64,000 bases of DNA from NCBI GenBank assembly GCA_041690595.1, contig JAWLHB010000029.1, forward strand, positions 1 through 64,000, written 5' to 3'. The position numbers were made by a program, and so were the translations under genes. Below the pieces are notes generated by a model. The model saw only the letters and a program-made list of their open reading frames with translations, did no database searches and was not told where the DNA came from. Below are positions 7,523 to 16,706 of the stretch, piece after piece. The stretch is from Lentisphaeria bacterium (GTDB lineage Bacteria > Verrucomicrobiota > Lentisphaeria > JABSQK01 > JAWLHB01). The stretch's first letter is position 1. Each line of letters starts with the position of its first letter.

Positions 7523-9076
7523 CTATAGCTGCTTTAAAATACTGTCTACAACTGCAGCTATTTGTCGCGATAGCAGGGGAGGTACAGCATTGCCAATCTG
7601 AGAATATTGGGCTGTCCTTCCGCCTGAGAACCAATAGTTGTCTGGAAATGTCTGGATTCTCGCGGCTTCACGCACGGTAAGGCTACGGCACTGAGTCGGG
7701 TCAGGATGAATGTAATAATGACCGTCTCGTGCGATATGACAGGTGATTGTAGTTGCAGGACCTCTCCAGAGCTGAACACGAAACCTATCGGCAAAGTTTC
7801 TTCCTGTTGACGCGGCCTCCTTTGCATTCTGGTGGTCTGGCAGTAGGGCAACAGGGAAGTTGCCTAAATATGCCGTACTCTTCTCTATTTCGGCATAGCA
7901 TGCAGCGAACAAATACCTGTGGAGGTCGGAAGGCATGTGCGCTCGTGCTCTGTGGTGCGTGATTCCTCCAATTCTGTTATCCAGATACCAATCTGGGTAG
8001 GCTTGTACCTTGCATAGCTTATTGAGAAAATGGTCATTACCACGGCCGAGCCGAGGAAGTCTCAAACGCTCCACAGTCTTTTCAATCTTTCGCGCGACAT
8101 TCAATTTTCCATTTGTTCTGCACTGCGTTAACCATTCGCTGGAAAGCGTTTCTTGCAGCGTATTGGCCCAATTAGTATTGCTGTCCTCCATCCCCGTCAC
8201 CCCACTTCGAAGCCTCGGTAACCCTTGAATGACATGCCGGACAGTGACTTGCTTCTCAGCCTCTGTCAGCGTGTGGCCATCTTTGAAATCAATATCGTCT
8301 CGAATGCCCAAAATGAATATTCGGTGCCGAGCCTGAGGAATTCCATAGTTTTCGGCACGTACGACGTAGTCTTCAGGAAGAAGGTCCGAGCTATTATCTT
8401 TGTCGACAGAGAGCGAGAAAAGCTTGTATGCATGCGCTGCATAGATGCCAGAATTGCCAATTGCCATCGCGGGGTTCTTGAGGTCTGACATCATTTGTTG
8501 GAAAATGGACTTGTTTTGAACTGTGGAGGACAAGAGGCCCTTTACATTCTCCATGACAAAAACTGGTGGCGAGTGTACAGAAATTGCGCGCAAGTACTGC
8601 TTGTAAAGGAAGTGCCTGTTGTCTTTCTCAGGCTTGTAGTCAACATCACCTTGCCTCCGCGCTCTGCCTGCGATTGAGTAAGCTTGGCATGGTGGACCTC
8701 CCAGCAGTACCCAGCTTGTCGCTTGGCCTACAGCCGTTTTGATTCTTTCGTCCACAGTGGCATTATCGACCTTACCCAGCTCGGCCAGCCAGGCTTTGTC
8801 GGCGGCTGCTTCTGCTTTGCTTTTGAACTTCCTGAATAGGTGTTTATGCGATATTTCCCCTCTGAGAAACTGATAGTACTCATCTGGGACCGAGGATTCC
8901 GGAAACTCGCGAAAAAAGCACCGCATCGTCAGGGTGAGGTGGGCTGACTCTTCTGCCTCAATCGCCAAGTTCACGCTAAAGGGCTTCTTGTCACCATCAC
9001 CATAGGCTGAGAAGCCTTCCCCGAGTCCGCCTGGACCAGCAAACAGGTCTACGACTGGAATGTTGTCTTGGCTCAT
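7523..9076 (-). CDS. dcm: DNA (cytosine-5)-methyltransferase, long form (517 aa)
   Basis: Motif I DLFAGPGG, IV GGPPCQ, VI MENV, VIII QARHR, IX RSLTVREAAR and X QIGNAVPP are all present. Confidence 0.96.
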   Translation of the reverse strand: MSQDNIPVVDLFAGPGGLGEGFSAYGDGDKKPFSVNLAIEAEESAHLTLTMRCFFREFPESSVPDEYYQFLRGEISHKHLFRKFKSKAEAAADKAWLAELGKVDNATVDERIKTAVGQATSWVLLGGPPCQAYSIAGRARRQGDVDYKPEKDNRHFLYKQYLRAISVHSPPVFVMENVKGLLSSTVQNKSIFQQMMSDLKNPAMAIGNSGIYAAHAYKLFSLSVDKDNSSDLLPEDYVVRAENYGIPQARHRIFILGIRDDIDFKDGHTLTEAEKQVTVRHVIQGLPRLRSGVTGMEDSNTNWANTLQETLSSEWLTQCRTNGKLNVARKIEKTVERLRLPRLGRGNDHFLNKLCKVQAYPDWYLDNRIGGITHHRARAHMPSDLHRYLFAACYAEIEKSTAYLGNFPVALLPDHQNAKEAASTGRNFADRFRVQLWRGPATTITCHIARDGHYYIHPDPTQCRSLTVREAARIQTFPDNYWFSGGRTAQYSQIGNAVPPLLSRQIAAVVDSILKQL

Positions 9077-9178
9077 ATATAGTTCATCTGTCAGTTAGTC
9101 TCGTTACCTCAAGGCAGCTTCAGACCTGCGGCAGCAGGGCAACCTATACTATTGCTCGTCTGGCGGCGCTTTCAAGCA

Positions 9179-9604
9179 ATGGACGTTCATAGCAAATCGC
9201 AGCGCAAGAAGAATATGGCAGCCATACGAGCTAAGGATACTAGCCCTGAGCTCAAGGTGCGCCGCCTTCTGCATAGCTTGGGGTATCGCTTCAGGCTCCA
9301 CAGAAAGAACCTGCCTGGTACTCCTGACATTGTTTTGCCAAAGTACCGAACCGTAGTCTTGGTTCATGGCTGCTATTGGCATCGCCATTCTGGGTGTCGA
9401 TACGCAACGACTCCTGCAACCCGGACACAGTTCTGGTTGGGCAAGTTTGCGGCGACCGTGGAGCGCGATTGCAGAAACCAAGGTCTTTTGCGTGAGCTTG
9501 GCTGGCACGTCATTGTTGTCTGGGAGTGCAAGACCAAGGATAGCGATAACCTTGCGATGTTCTTAGCGGACGCTCTGGAGGGCGACAACTCGATTAGCAG
9601 TTGA
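9179..9604 (+). CDS. vsr: Very short patch repair endonuclease
   Basis: MDVHSKSQRKKNMAAIRAKDTSPE, LPGTPDIV, VHGCYWHRH and GWHVIVVWEC; start reassigned to the ATG at 9179. Confidence 0.96.
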   Translation: MDVHSKSQRKKNMAAIRAKDTSPELKVRRLLHSLGYRFRLHRKNLPGTPDIVLPKYRTVVLVHGCYWHRHSGCRYATTPATRTQFWLGKFAATVERDCRNQGLLRELGWHVIVVWECKTKDSDNLAMFLADALEGDNSISS

Positions 9605-9642
9605 GCATGCCAAGGGCGTGGCGAGTACCTACAGGAGGAAGT

Positions 9643-9984
9643 CTACCTCACTGGCAGTGAGCTGCTGGCAACTTGTAGAGCCTCCAGGGCGGCATCAAGC
9701 TCCATTTGCCGCGCATCCAGCATCTCATCGGTGTCAGCAAGCGGCAGTCGGCAGTATAGCAGTAGCTGACCAACTTGCGGGGCTCGAACGTAGACCCTAA
9801 GCCGGTTCGGAATTGTCAGGAAGCTATGGCTATCCAGTAGCTTCTTGCCGAAATCCATTGCGGCCTGGGTTACCTTGCCTCCGTATTCAGGCAGGGCATC
9901 AGCTCGCACCTCGTCCTGGAAAAGCATTGAGGCGACAAAGCCGCGTTGCTCATGGTCGTAGGTGATTTGGATGTCGTTGAACAT
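9643..9984 (-). CDS. Hypothetical protein (113 aa)
   Basis: AGGAG upstream of the ATG at 9984 (MFNDIQITYD...); no recognisable motif. Confidence 0.55.
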   Translation of the reverse strand: MFNDIQITYDHEQRGFVASMLFQDEVRADALPEYGGKVTQAAMDFGKKLLDSHSFLTIPNRLRVYVRAPQVGQLLLYCRLPLADTDEMLDARQMELDAALEALQVASSSLPVR

Positions 9985-10629
9985 GCTCACTCTCCTTCTG
10001 TTTAGACTGTAGCTTTGCAAACGCTGGTATCCAATCTAGCACCGGTGTTTGAGAGATGCTAGTCGCATTGCCATGCTTTTTCGGAAGCTGGGGCTGATTG
10101 AGGGAATCCCGATAGAATTGGGCTTAGGACTTCCCTATGCTCCTCCATAGGCCAGTGAAGCCACCAGCAGACGCTGTTCTGCCGTAAGTCGTAGCATTCC
10201 CTTCAGGGCCGACGTAGAACATGAACTTCACCTCCGGTTCGAATTGGACTTTAGGCATAACATGAATGACTATATCTCCGACTTTAATACATATCAATAG
10301 GCAATCGGGATGCCAGAAAGAAAATGTCCTATTTTACTGAAGTTCGTTCGCTTTGGTAACCTATTGATGGCTTGGCGCATGCACTACTCACCACCACGGT
10401 CATGTTTTGCCTGAACACACTGTAAAGTCAAGCCTCCCTCTTCCATGCCATCCAATATGAGCGCGTTAAACACAGATTTTCTCAATACTAAACATACTAA
10501 GTGCCCACAGTAATACTGCCAATGGTCAAGACATATCAGATTGACATGGGGCGACAACTTAGCTGAAGCAAGCAACACCGTCAAACTCCCGACACCGCGC
10601 CTTCCTGACCATCCCTTCCAGACTTGCCG

Positions 10630-10988
10630 CTTCCCGTTGACTCTGAATAATTTGCGCCGTTGCTTCAGGCGATTCGTCAATGCCGACAAGGAAACGTCCG
10701 GGAGAGCGTCTCCGAGCTCACGTTGCATTGCGTAGTGGTCACTCAGACAGCAGCAGGACCGTTCACCACCTTTTCAGTGGCGCCAGGCTTGCCGTTCTGC
10801 CTGGACGTGGTCTGATAGCGGAGTGCACCTTCTGAGATGAGCGTTCTGAGGCTGTAGAGCAGCGTTTCGTCGGTGGCTCCTGCCAGTTCCTCGATGGCCA
10901 GCACCTTGTGGCGCAGCGCGTTCTTGTCCAGGTAGAAGAGGCACTTGGGGCTCAGGCTGGAGACTCGGACGATGCTTTCGGGCGGACC
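10630..10988 (-). pseudogene. Decayed fragment of the P-loop region of a mobile-element primase/helicase-like protein
   Basis: Hand translation gives PPESIVRVSSLSPKCLFYLDKNALRHKVLAIEE...YSLRTLISEGAL...VNGPAAV, then a stop (TGA at 10743-10745), then VTTTQCNVSSETLSRTF, then a frameshift into LVGIDESPEATAQIIQSQR. Confidence 0.6.
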
Positions 10989-11073
10989 TTAGAATCGGGG
11001 ATACCTTGGACGCTACCTTGAGCAAGTGTGGTGCTGGGGACTATTTTCGCAATGTTTTTGAAGGGGTAGGGTT

Positions 11074-11599
11074 ATGACGCAGTGGGTGGCGCTGGCGGTG
11101 CTGATCGTGGTAGTGATGGTGGTGGTGAAGCTCTTGGGGGCGGGGGAGAAGAAGAAGCTCCCGTATGAGCTGCGGTCGCCCTTGTTCAGCGCGGCCGAAC
11201 GCTCGTTGCTTGGGGTTCTCGATGGCGTCGTGGGGCCGGAGCTGCGGGTCTTCGGCAAGGTGCGACTTGCCGATCTGGTCACCACGCGCAAAGGACTCGA
11301 TGCGCGGAAGCGGCAGGCTGCCTTCAACAGGATCCAGTCGAAGCATGTCGATTTTTCTGCTTTGTCGGAGCGACACTCTGGAGCCGGTACTGGTCGTCGA
11401 GCTGGACGATGCTTCGCATGACCGGCCCGACCGCCGGGAACGCGATGGCTTCGTCGACGAACTCTTTGCATCGGTGGAGCTGCCGATTCTGCACCTTCGG
11501 GCGCGAAAGAGCTATGAACCGCATGAGATCCGCCGGCAGATCGAGGAGGCCCTGCGCATCGGTGAGCCTGTGCTGGCCGTCCCGAGCCAAAAGGCATAA
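11074..11599 (+). pseudogene. DUF2726-family (PD-(D/E)xK-like) protein with N-terminal membrane anchor, +1 frameshift
   Basis: LFSAAERS...KVRLADLV...IQSKHVDF in one frame continues as LLC...VVELDDASH...RRERDGFVD in another. The extra T lies in the run at 11352-11356. Confidence 0.85.
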
Positions 11600-11691
11600 C
11601 TAACCAACCTAGCGCGGCCGTCGGCCGCAACCAAAGGTTTTTTAGTCTCGGGATGACACTTCACGAACTTCAACATCTGACGATAGCAGGA

Positions 11692-11911
11692 TTACCACGA
11701 AGAGCACGAAGTTGCCAATAAGTAATGATAACGATATTTCCTGACTTTATGACGTTGCCACTGACCTAATATATTTTCTATATCCTTTCAACCCATTCTT
11801 CGTGCTCTTCGTGCTCTTCGTGGTTAAAATCTGCCAGGTTCTCTCTCCCACCTACCGTCATTTCTATAGCCTATCAATCCAATCTCCGTGTCTCTGTGCC
11901 TCCGTGGTTAA
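11692..11911. repeat. Inverted pair of 9-mer/GTGGT repeats plus a variant copy
   Basis: TTACCACGAAGAGCACGAAG (11692-11711) is inverted relative to CTTCGTGCTCTTCGTGCTCTTCGTGGTTAA (11798-11827). A variant CTCCGTGTCTCTGTGCCTCCGTGGTTAA lies at about 11884-11911. Confidence 0.8.
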
Positions 11912-12003
11912 ATATGCCCGGCTCTCTCTCCCGAACCCCTTTCACAGACATCAGGATGATTCCTATGCCTTTCTATGCCTAACCGTCATTCCTATAGCCC
12001 ATT

Positions 12004-12292
12004 AACCCAATCTTCGTGCTCTTCGTGCACTTAGTGGTTAAATATGTCCGGTTTGTTCTCCTATCAACCCAATCTTCGTGCTCTTCGTGCTCTTCGTGGT
12101 TAAATATGTCCGGTTTCTTCTCCCATCAACCCAATCTTCGCGCTCTTCGTTCTCTTCGTGGTTAAATCTGTCCGGTTCGTTCTCCCATCAACCCAATCTT
12201 CGCGCTCTTCGTGCTCTTCGTGGTTAAATCTGTCCGGTTTCTTCTCCCATCAACCCAATCTTCGTGGCTCTTCGTGCTCTTCGTGGTTAAAT
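12004..12292. repeat. 62-bp tandem repeat, about 4.7 copies
   Basis: AACCCAATCTTCG-GCTCTTCGTGCTCTTCGTGGTTAAAT-TGTCCGGTT--TTCTCC-ATC starts at 12004, 12066, 12128, 12190 and 12252. Confidence 0.95.
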
Positions 12293-12311
12293 CTTGGCTC
12301 TGCCCCGCCCC

Positions 12312-13073
12312 TTACTGCTTCGGCATCGCGAAGAGCGCGTCCGGGATATCGATGTTGTAGGCCACCGATTTGATGGTGGTCACGGCGGTCATGTGCGGCA
12401 GCTTCTGCTCCAGCTTGAAGGGCGCCTTCATGCCGTCGACGTCGCGATAGTCCGACATGGTGGTCTCCACCCGTACCGTCTCCGTCGGCGTCTGCTGCAC
12501 CTGGTCGGTGCGCACCATCAACCCGCTCTTCTGCTCATAGAAGTTGACCATCTCACTGGCCTCGCCTTTTGGCTTCAGGCGCAACACATAGACGGGGCTA
12601 TCGTTGAGGACGGTTTCCCCCATCAGCTCGGTCGTCTCGTAGCTCTCCCGCCAGTTGACCATGTGGGCGAAGTCGGCGGTGAAGGCAAAGTTTGCCAGCT
12701 CGACACCCTCCATCTTGCGCAGCCCGAGCAGGTCTTTGTTCCAGCCGGTTTCGCCATCGAAGCCCTGCTCGATGACCATGAGCCCAGGTATTTCCATGCG
12801 CGTATGCAGGCGGTTCGGCGCCTTCGCCTGCAGATGCATGTTGCCGCGAATATTCATCGCCGCCAAGCTGATCTCAGCCTCCATCGAGAGCGACTTCAGC
12901 TTCTCATACGCCTCTTTGCCGCCAGTGACTTCAACGAAGTGATCCAGAACCTTGGCAGCGGTCACCTTGCTGCTCTCCGGCAGAGGTTTCACCTCGCTGT
13001 AGCGGTCGTTCTGTGCATGGATCAGCAGGGTGCAGGCCAGCAGGGCTATCGTGTGAATGGCAAAGCGCTTCAT
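12312..13073 (-). CDS. Exported LolA-like / lipoprotein-sorting-type (DUF620-like) protein
   Basis: Signal peptide; QGFDGETGW, YRDVDG-x-K-x-PF and C-terminal N-x-DIPDALF patterns. Confidence 0.65.
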   Translation of the reverse strand: MKRFAIHTIALLACTLLIHAQNDRYSEVKPLPESSKVTAAKVLDHFVEVTGGKEAYEKLKSLSMEAEISLAAMNIRGNMHLQAKAPNRLHTRMEIPGLMVIEQGFDGETGWNKDLLGLRKMEGVELANFAFTADFAHMVNWRESYETTELMGETVLNDSPVYVLRLKPKGEASEMVNFYEQKSGLMVRTDQVQQTPTETVRVETTMSDYRDVDGMKAPFKLEQKLPHMTAVTTIKSVAYNIDIPDALFAMPKQ

Positions 13074-14371
13074 GGTGGGTCCTTCGGGTTGGTGGCTTTC
13101 AGGTCGAGCAGAGCGGCCGCGGCCGCCTGCAGAATGGCATCGCCGCGAGAGAGCAGCAGGTCGCGAGTCAGCTCCACCGGAAGATCCGGCAGTACGCCCC
13201 GACCCTCCAGAATAGTCCCCCCAGCCGTGACAAAATCCGCTACGGCATACTGGAGTTTGGCCCCATTCTCCAGCTCTATGATCATCGAGGGCATCACCGC
13301 CCCCAGCGTCTGGCGACCGACCACCAGCGCGCGCCCCACCTCCTGAAGCCCCGCGGCAAGGATCTCCGCCGTACTGCCCGTGCTCTCGTCCACAAGAATC
13401 GCCACCGGCCCAAGGTAAGGTGCCGGCTGCGGGAAGACCGGATAGCGGATCTCTCCATCCGGCATGCGGCTGACGCCCAGGCTCAACCGCTCCTCCACCA
13501 GCTTCCCCGCTATCGGTGACGCCAGCATCCCCATCCCCCCGGGATTGCCGCGCAGATCGAGGATCAGCCCCCGCTTCGTCCGGAGTCGATCGATCGCCGA
13601 ATTAAAGAGCGGTAAGACCGCCGGCATGAAGATCGAAAGATGAATATAACCCAGCTCTCCGTCAAGCTCACGCACCTCCACGCGTACCGTCAACGGCGGC
13701 AGATTGCCAACCTGGCTCGTCGTGCCCGGAGCTTCCAGCCCTTCAAGCACGTACTCGCGCGACTCCCCCTCGCCGTCCACCGCTACCAGCTCCACCGTCT
13801 CCCCCACGGGCGGCGACAGCAGGGCACTCACCCCGTCCGTCGCGAAATAGCGCTTCTGCGTAAGCCGTCCCGGATGGCGCTCCAACCGCTCCACGACCTC
13901 CCGCATCTGCACGCCACGCACGCTCACCAGCTCGAATCCAGGCCGGATGCCCGCCTTCGCCGCCGGTGACTCCGAATCGACCCGAACGACCAGCATCCGG
14001 TCATCCACCAGTTGAACCGTCATCCCGATGTAGCCACGGCCCATGTCAAACTCAGGCATCTCGTCCCCGGCGTCTTCGGGGCCTGGGGGCTCAATCATGT
14101 GGTGGGACAACCCCAACCGCTCCAGCATCTCGTTGAGCAGGTTGTAGAGGTCGTTGACCTCCTCCGTCGCCTGCAGGTCATCGGCAAATTCCCGGCGCAG
14201 CTCGATCCACTTCTCCCGCATATCGCCGGTGAGTCGTTCACCGATCTGGTCCACCACGCGCAGCCGGTCGACGACAGGCGCATCCTCCGTCACCGGCTCG
14301 GCGGCCAGCCCGAAGGCGACCGCGAGGGTGAGGATAAGCGTCAGCAGTCGTCGGCGGTGCTCATGTCGCAT
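13070..14371 (-). CDS. S41 family peptidase with PDZ domain
   Basis: Signal peptide, PDZ (SPAAKAGIRPG), LILDLRGNPGG, TGSTAEILA and GRGVLPD. Confidence 0.9.
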   Translation of the reverse strand: MRHEHRRRLLTLILTLAVAFGLAAEPVTEDAPVVDRLRVVDQIGERLTGDMREKWIELRREFADDLQATEEVNDLYNLLNEMLERLGLSHHMIEPPGPEDAGDEMPEFDMGRGYIGMTVQLVDDRMLVVRVDSESPAAKAGIRPGFELVSVRGVQMREVVERLERHPGRLTQKRYFATDGVSALLSPPVGETVELVAVDGEGESREYVLEGLEAPGTTSQVGNLPPLTVRVEVRELDGELGYIHLSIFMPAVLPLFNSAIDRLRTKRGLILDLRGNPGGMGMLASPIAGKLVEERLSLGVSRMPDGEIRYPVFPQPAPYLGPVAILVDESTGSTAEILAAGLQEVGRALVVGRQTLGAVMPSMIIELENGAKLQYAVADFVTAGGTILEGRGVLPDLPVELTRDLLLSRGDAILQAAAAALLDLKATNPKDPP

Positions 14372-15425
14372 CGGCAGGCACCTTCAACGCCAGTTGTCCG
14401 CAGGCACCATCCAGATCACGGCCGAGCGTCTTGCGTATCGTGGCGCTGATGCCATGGCTGATCAGGTAGTCCTTGAAGGCGCGAGCCGTGGTGCGTGAAC
14501 TCGCCTGCAGGTGCTGATCGGTCGGATTACACGGGATCAGATTGACCGTCAGGAGGTGCGGCGTATGGAACTGCCGCAGGTACTTCGCCAGCTCATCCGC
14601 ATGCCGCGAACTGTCATTCTTCCCGTCGATCAGGATGTATTCGATGAAGAGCTTGCGATTCGTCGTCTTGACGTAGTAGGCAATGGCTTCCGCCAGCAGC
14701 TCCAGCGTGAACTTCTTGTTGATCGGCATCATCTCCAGGCGCAGCTCGTCATTGGCGGCATGCAGGGAGAGCGCCAGATTCACCTGCGGATAGCGGTCGG
14801 CCATCTCCTTCATCGCCGGCACCAGCCCGCTGGTGGAGACGGAGAGGTGCCGCGCCCCGATCCCAAAGGTGCCGGGATTCATCAACTCATCCAGGCTGGC
14901 AAAGACCGCCTTCTTGTTCTGAAACGGCTCACCCATGCCCATGTAGACAACATTGGTCAGCGTCGCCTCGGGGATCTCCTCCGCCATGAACTGCCGCCAG
15001 AACAGCACCTGATCGCTGATCTCCTCATCCGTCAGGTTCCGCGTGAAACCGAGCTTGCCGGTAGCGCAGAACGAACACCCCAGCGCACAGCCGACCTGGC
15101 TGCTGATGCAGCACGACCAGAGTCCCGGCTTCGGGCAGAGCAGCACGGTCTCGATGCGCTTGCCATCCTCCAGACTGAGCAGCGCCTTGAAGGCCAGGCC
15201 GTCGCTCGATCGCAACAGCCGGTCGGTGGTTACGGTCATGGCCGTATACTGGGCCGTCAGCTTCGCGCGCAGATCCCTGGACAGGGTCGTGATCGACTCG
15301 AAGTCCTTGCGATGCAGGTTGAAAAAGCCATTCCGCAGCTGATCCGCGCGAAAGCGCGGCAGTTCCTGCTCTGTCACAATCTGTTGAATCTTCCGGTCAT
15401 TCACGTCGCTGTTTGCTCGCTTCAA
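14361..15425 (-). CDS. rlmN: 23S rRNA/tRNA m2A methyltransferase (radical SAM)
   Basis: CISSQVGCALGCSFC, MGMGEP and C-terminal GACGQL. Confidence 0.95.
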   Translation of the reverse strand: MKRANSDVNDRKIQQIVTEQELPRFRADQLRNGFFNLHRKDFESITTLSRDLRAKLTAQYTAMTVTTDRLLRSSDGLAFKALLSLEDGKRIETVLLCPKPGLWSCCISSQVGCALGCSFCATGKLGFTRNLTDEEISDQVLFWRQFMAEEIPEATLTNVVYMGMGEPFQNKKAVFASLDELMNPGTFGIGARHLSVSTSGLVPAMKEMADRYPQVNLALSLHAANDELRLEMMPINKKFTLELLAEAIAYYVKTTNRKLFIEYILIDGKNDSSRHADELAKYLRQFHTPHLLTVNLIPCNPTDQHLQASSRTTARAFKDYLISHGISATIRKTLGRDLDGACGQLALKVPADAT

Positions 15426-15509
15426 GTAATGAATTGCACGCTACCCCCCACCCTCCTTAATATGCGCCCGCACACCCCTTCGTTCAACTTGCCGCCACCA
15501 GGCGGTCCG

Positions 15510-16694
15510 CTACAGGCTCTGCGCGGCCGAATACGCCGAGGCCCACGCCCACTGAAAATTGTAGCCCCCCAGCCACCCCGTCACGTCTACCGCCTCTCCG
15601 ATGAAGTAGAGATTGCGGTACTTCCGGCACTCGAAGCTCTTCGACGACAGCTCGTCGGTGGAGACACCCCCGAGCGTCACCTCGGCGGTTCTATACCCCT
15701 CGGTTCCACCCGGCTTGAACTGCCAGTTGCCAAAATGGTCCGCAACCGTCTGCAACTCCTGTTTGCTCAGTTGCCCAAGCGCTTTGACCGGAAACCATTC
15801 CCCCGACACCCGCTCCACGAACCGGGACGGAAAATGCGAGGCGAGGAATCGCGACAGCGACTGACCGGGATTCTCCTCACGGGCAGCCGTGAAGAAATCC
15901 AGCGCGTCATGGTCCGGAAGCAGATTGATCGAGACGATCTCCCCCTCCCGCCAATACGAGGAAATCTGCAGAATCGCGGGACCGCTCAGACCGCGATGGG
16001 TGAAGAGCAGATTCTCCCGGAAGGAAGCCCGGCCAAGCGTGACCTCGACATCCAGCGAGATGCCGCTGAGCGGCAGAAAGCGTGCCTTGTCCGGTTCATT
16101 CCACGTAAAGGGCACCAGCCCCGCCCGGGGCGGCACCACTTCCAGCCCGAGACGATTGGCGCAACGCAGCGCAAAGTCGCTCGCCAGATTCGGGATCGAA
16201 AGGCCCCCACTCGCGACAACGACGGTATGGGCGACCAGCGGTGGAGCATCGGCAATGCGGATGAGAAACCGCCCGTCCTCCTGGTGCGTCAGCTCCTGCA
16301 CGTCATGGTCGCAGGCAAGGTGTACCCCGGCGGCAGTGCACTCGTCCAGCAGCATATCGAGAATATCCTGCGAGGTGCGGTCGCAGAAGAGCTGGCCAAG
16401 CTTCTTCTCGTGATACGGGATCCCATGCGCCTCGACCAGCGCCACAAAGTCTTCTGGCGTGTAACGCCGCAACGCCGAGATGCAGAAGTGCGGATTCCGC
16501 GAGAGAAAGCTCTTGCGCGGATCGGTCAGCAGATTGGTGAAGTTGCACCGTCCGCCACCGGCGATCAGGATCTTGCGCCCCGGCTTCCGCCCTTTCTCCA
16601 GCAGCAGGACGCGCCGGCCGCGCCTGGCGGCTTCGATGGCACAGAGCAACCCGCTCGCGCCCGCGCCGATAATGACGACGTCCGCTTCATTCAC
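15510..16694 (-). CDS. HI0933/BaiN-family NAD(P)/FAD-dependent oxidoreductase
   Basis: IIGAGASG, GGGRCNFTN, LFTHRGLSGPA, AEVTLGGV and GWLGGYNFQWAW. Confidence 0.92.
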   Translation of the reverse strand: MNEADVVIIGAGASGLLCAIEAARRGRRVLLLEKGRKPGRKILIAGGGRCNFTNLLTDPRKSFLSRNPHFCISALRRYTPEDFVALVEAHGIPYHEKKLGQLFCDRTSQDILDMLLDECTAAGVHLACDHDVQELTHQEDGRFLIRIADAPPLVAHTVVVASGGLSIPNLASDFALRCANRLGLEVVPPRAGLVPFTWNEPDKARFLPLSGISLDVEVTLGRASFRENLLFTHRGLSGPAILQISSYWREGEIVSINLLPDHDALDFFTAAREENPGQSLSRFLASHFPSRFVERVSGEWFPVKALGQLSKQELQTVADHFGNWQFKPGGTEGYRTAEVTLGGVSTDELSSKSFECRKYRNLYFIGEAVDVTGWLGGYNFQWAWASAYSAAQSL

Positions 16695-16706
16695 GGCTGG
16701 ACCCCG

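Larger units (their letters stand above)
3630..10990. mobile_element. Horizontally acquired AT-richer island (defence-type cargo); boundaries approximate
   Basis: Abrupt composition change where hsdR homology ends, and a decayed primase/ATPase relic at the right end. No integrase or flanking direct repeat was seen. Confidence 0.55.

Noticed and set aside
3600..11050. att sites or target duplication bounding the island
   Set aside because: No matching direct repeat or tRNA fragment was found by eye at either junction.
12004..12292. Possible CRISPR array (62-bp period)
   Set aside because: The would-be spacers are near-identical to each other and no cas genes are present; it is a tandem repeat.
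11798..12292. GTTAAAT ends resembling integron attC core sites (GTTRRRY)
   Set aside because: No paired RYYYAAC inverse core with attC spacing, no cassette ORFs between copies and no integrase.
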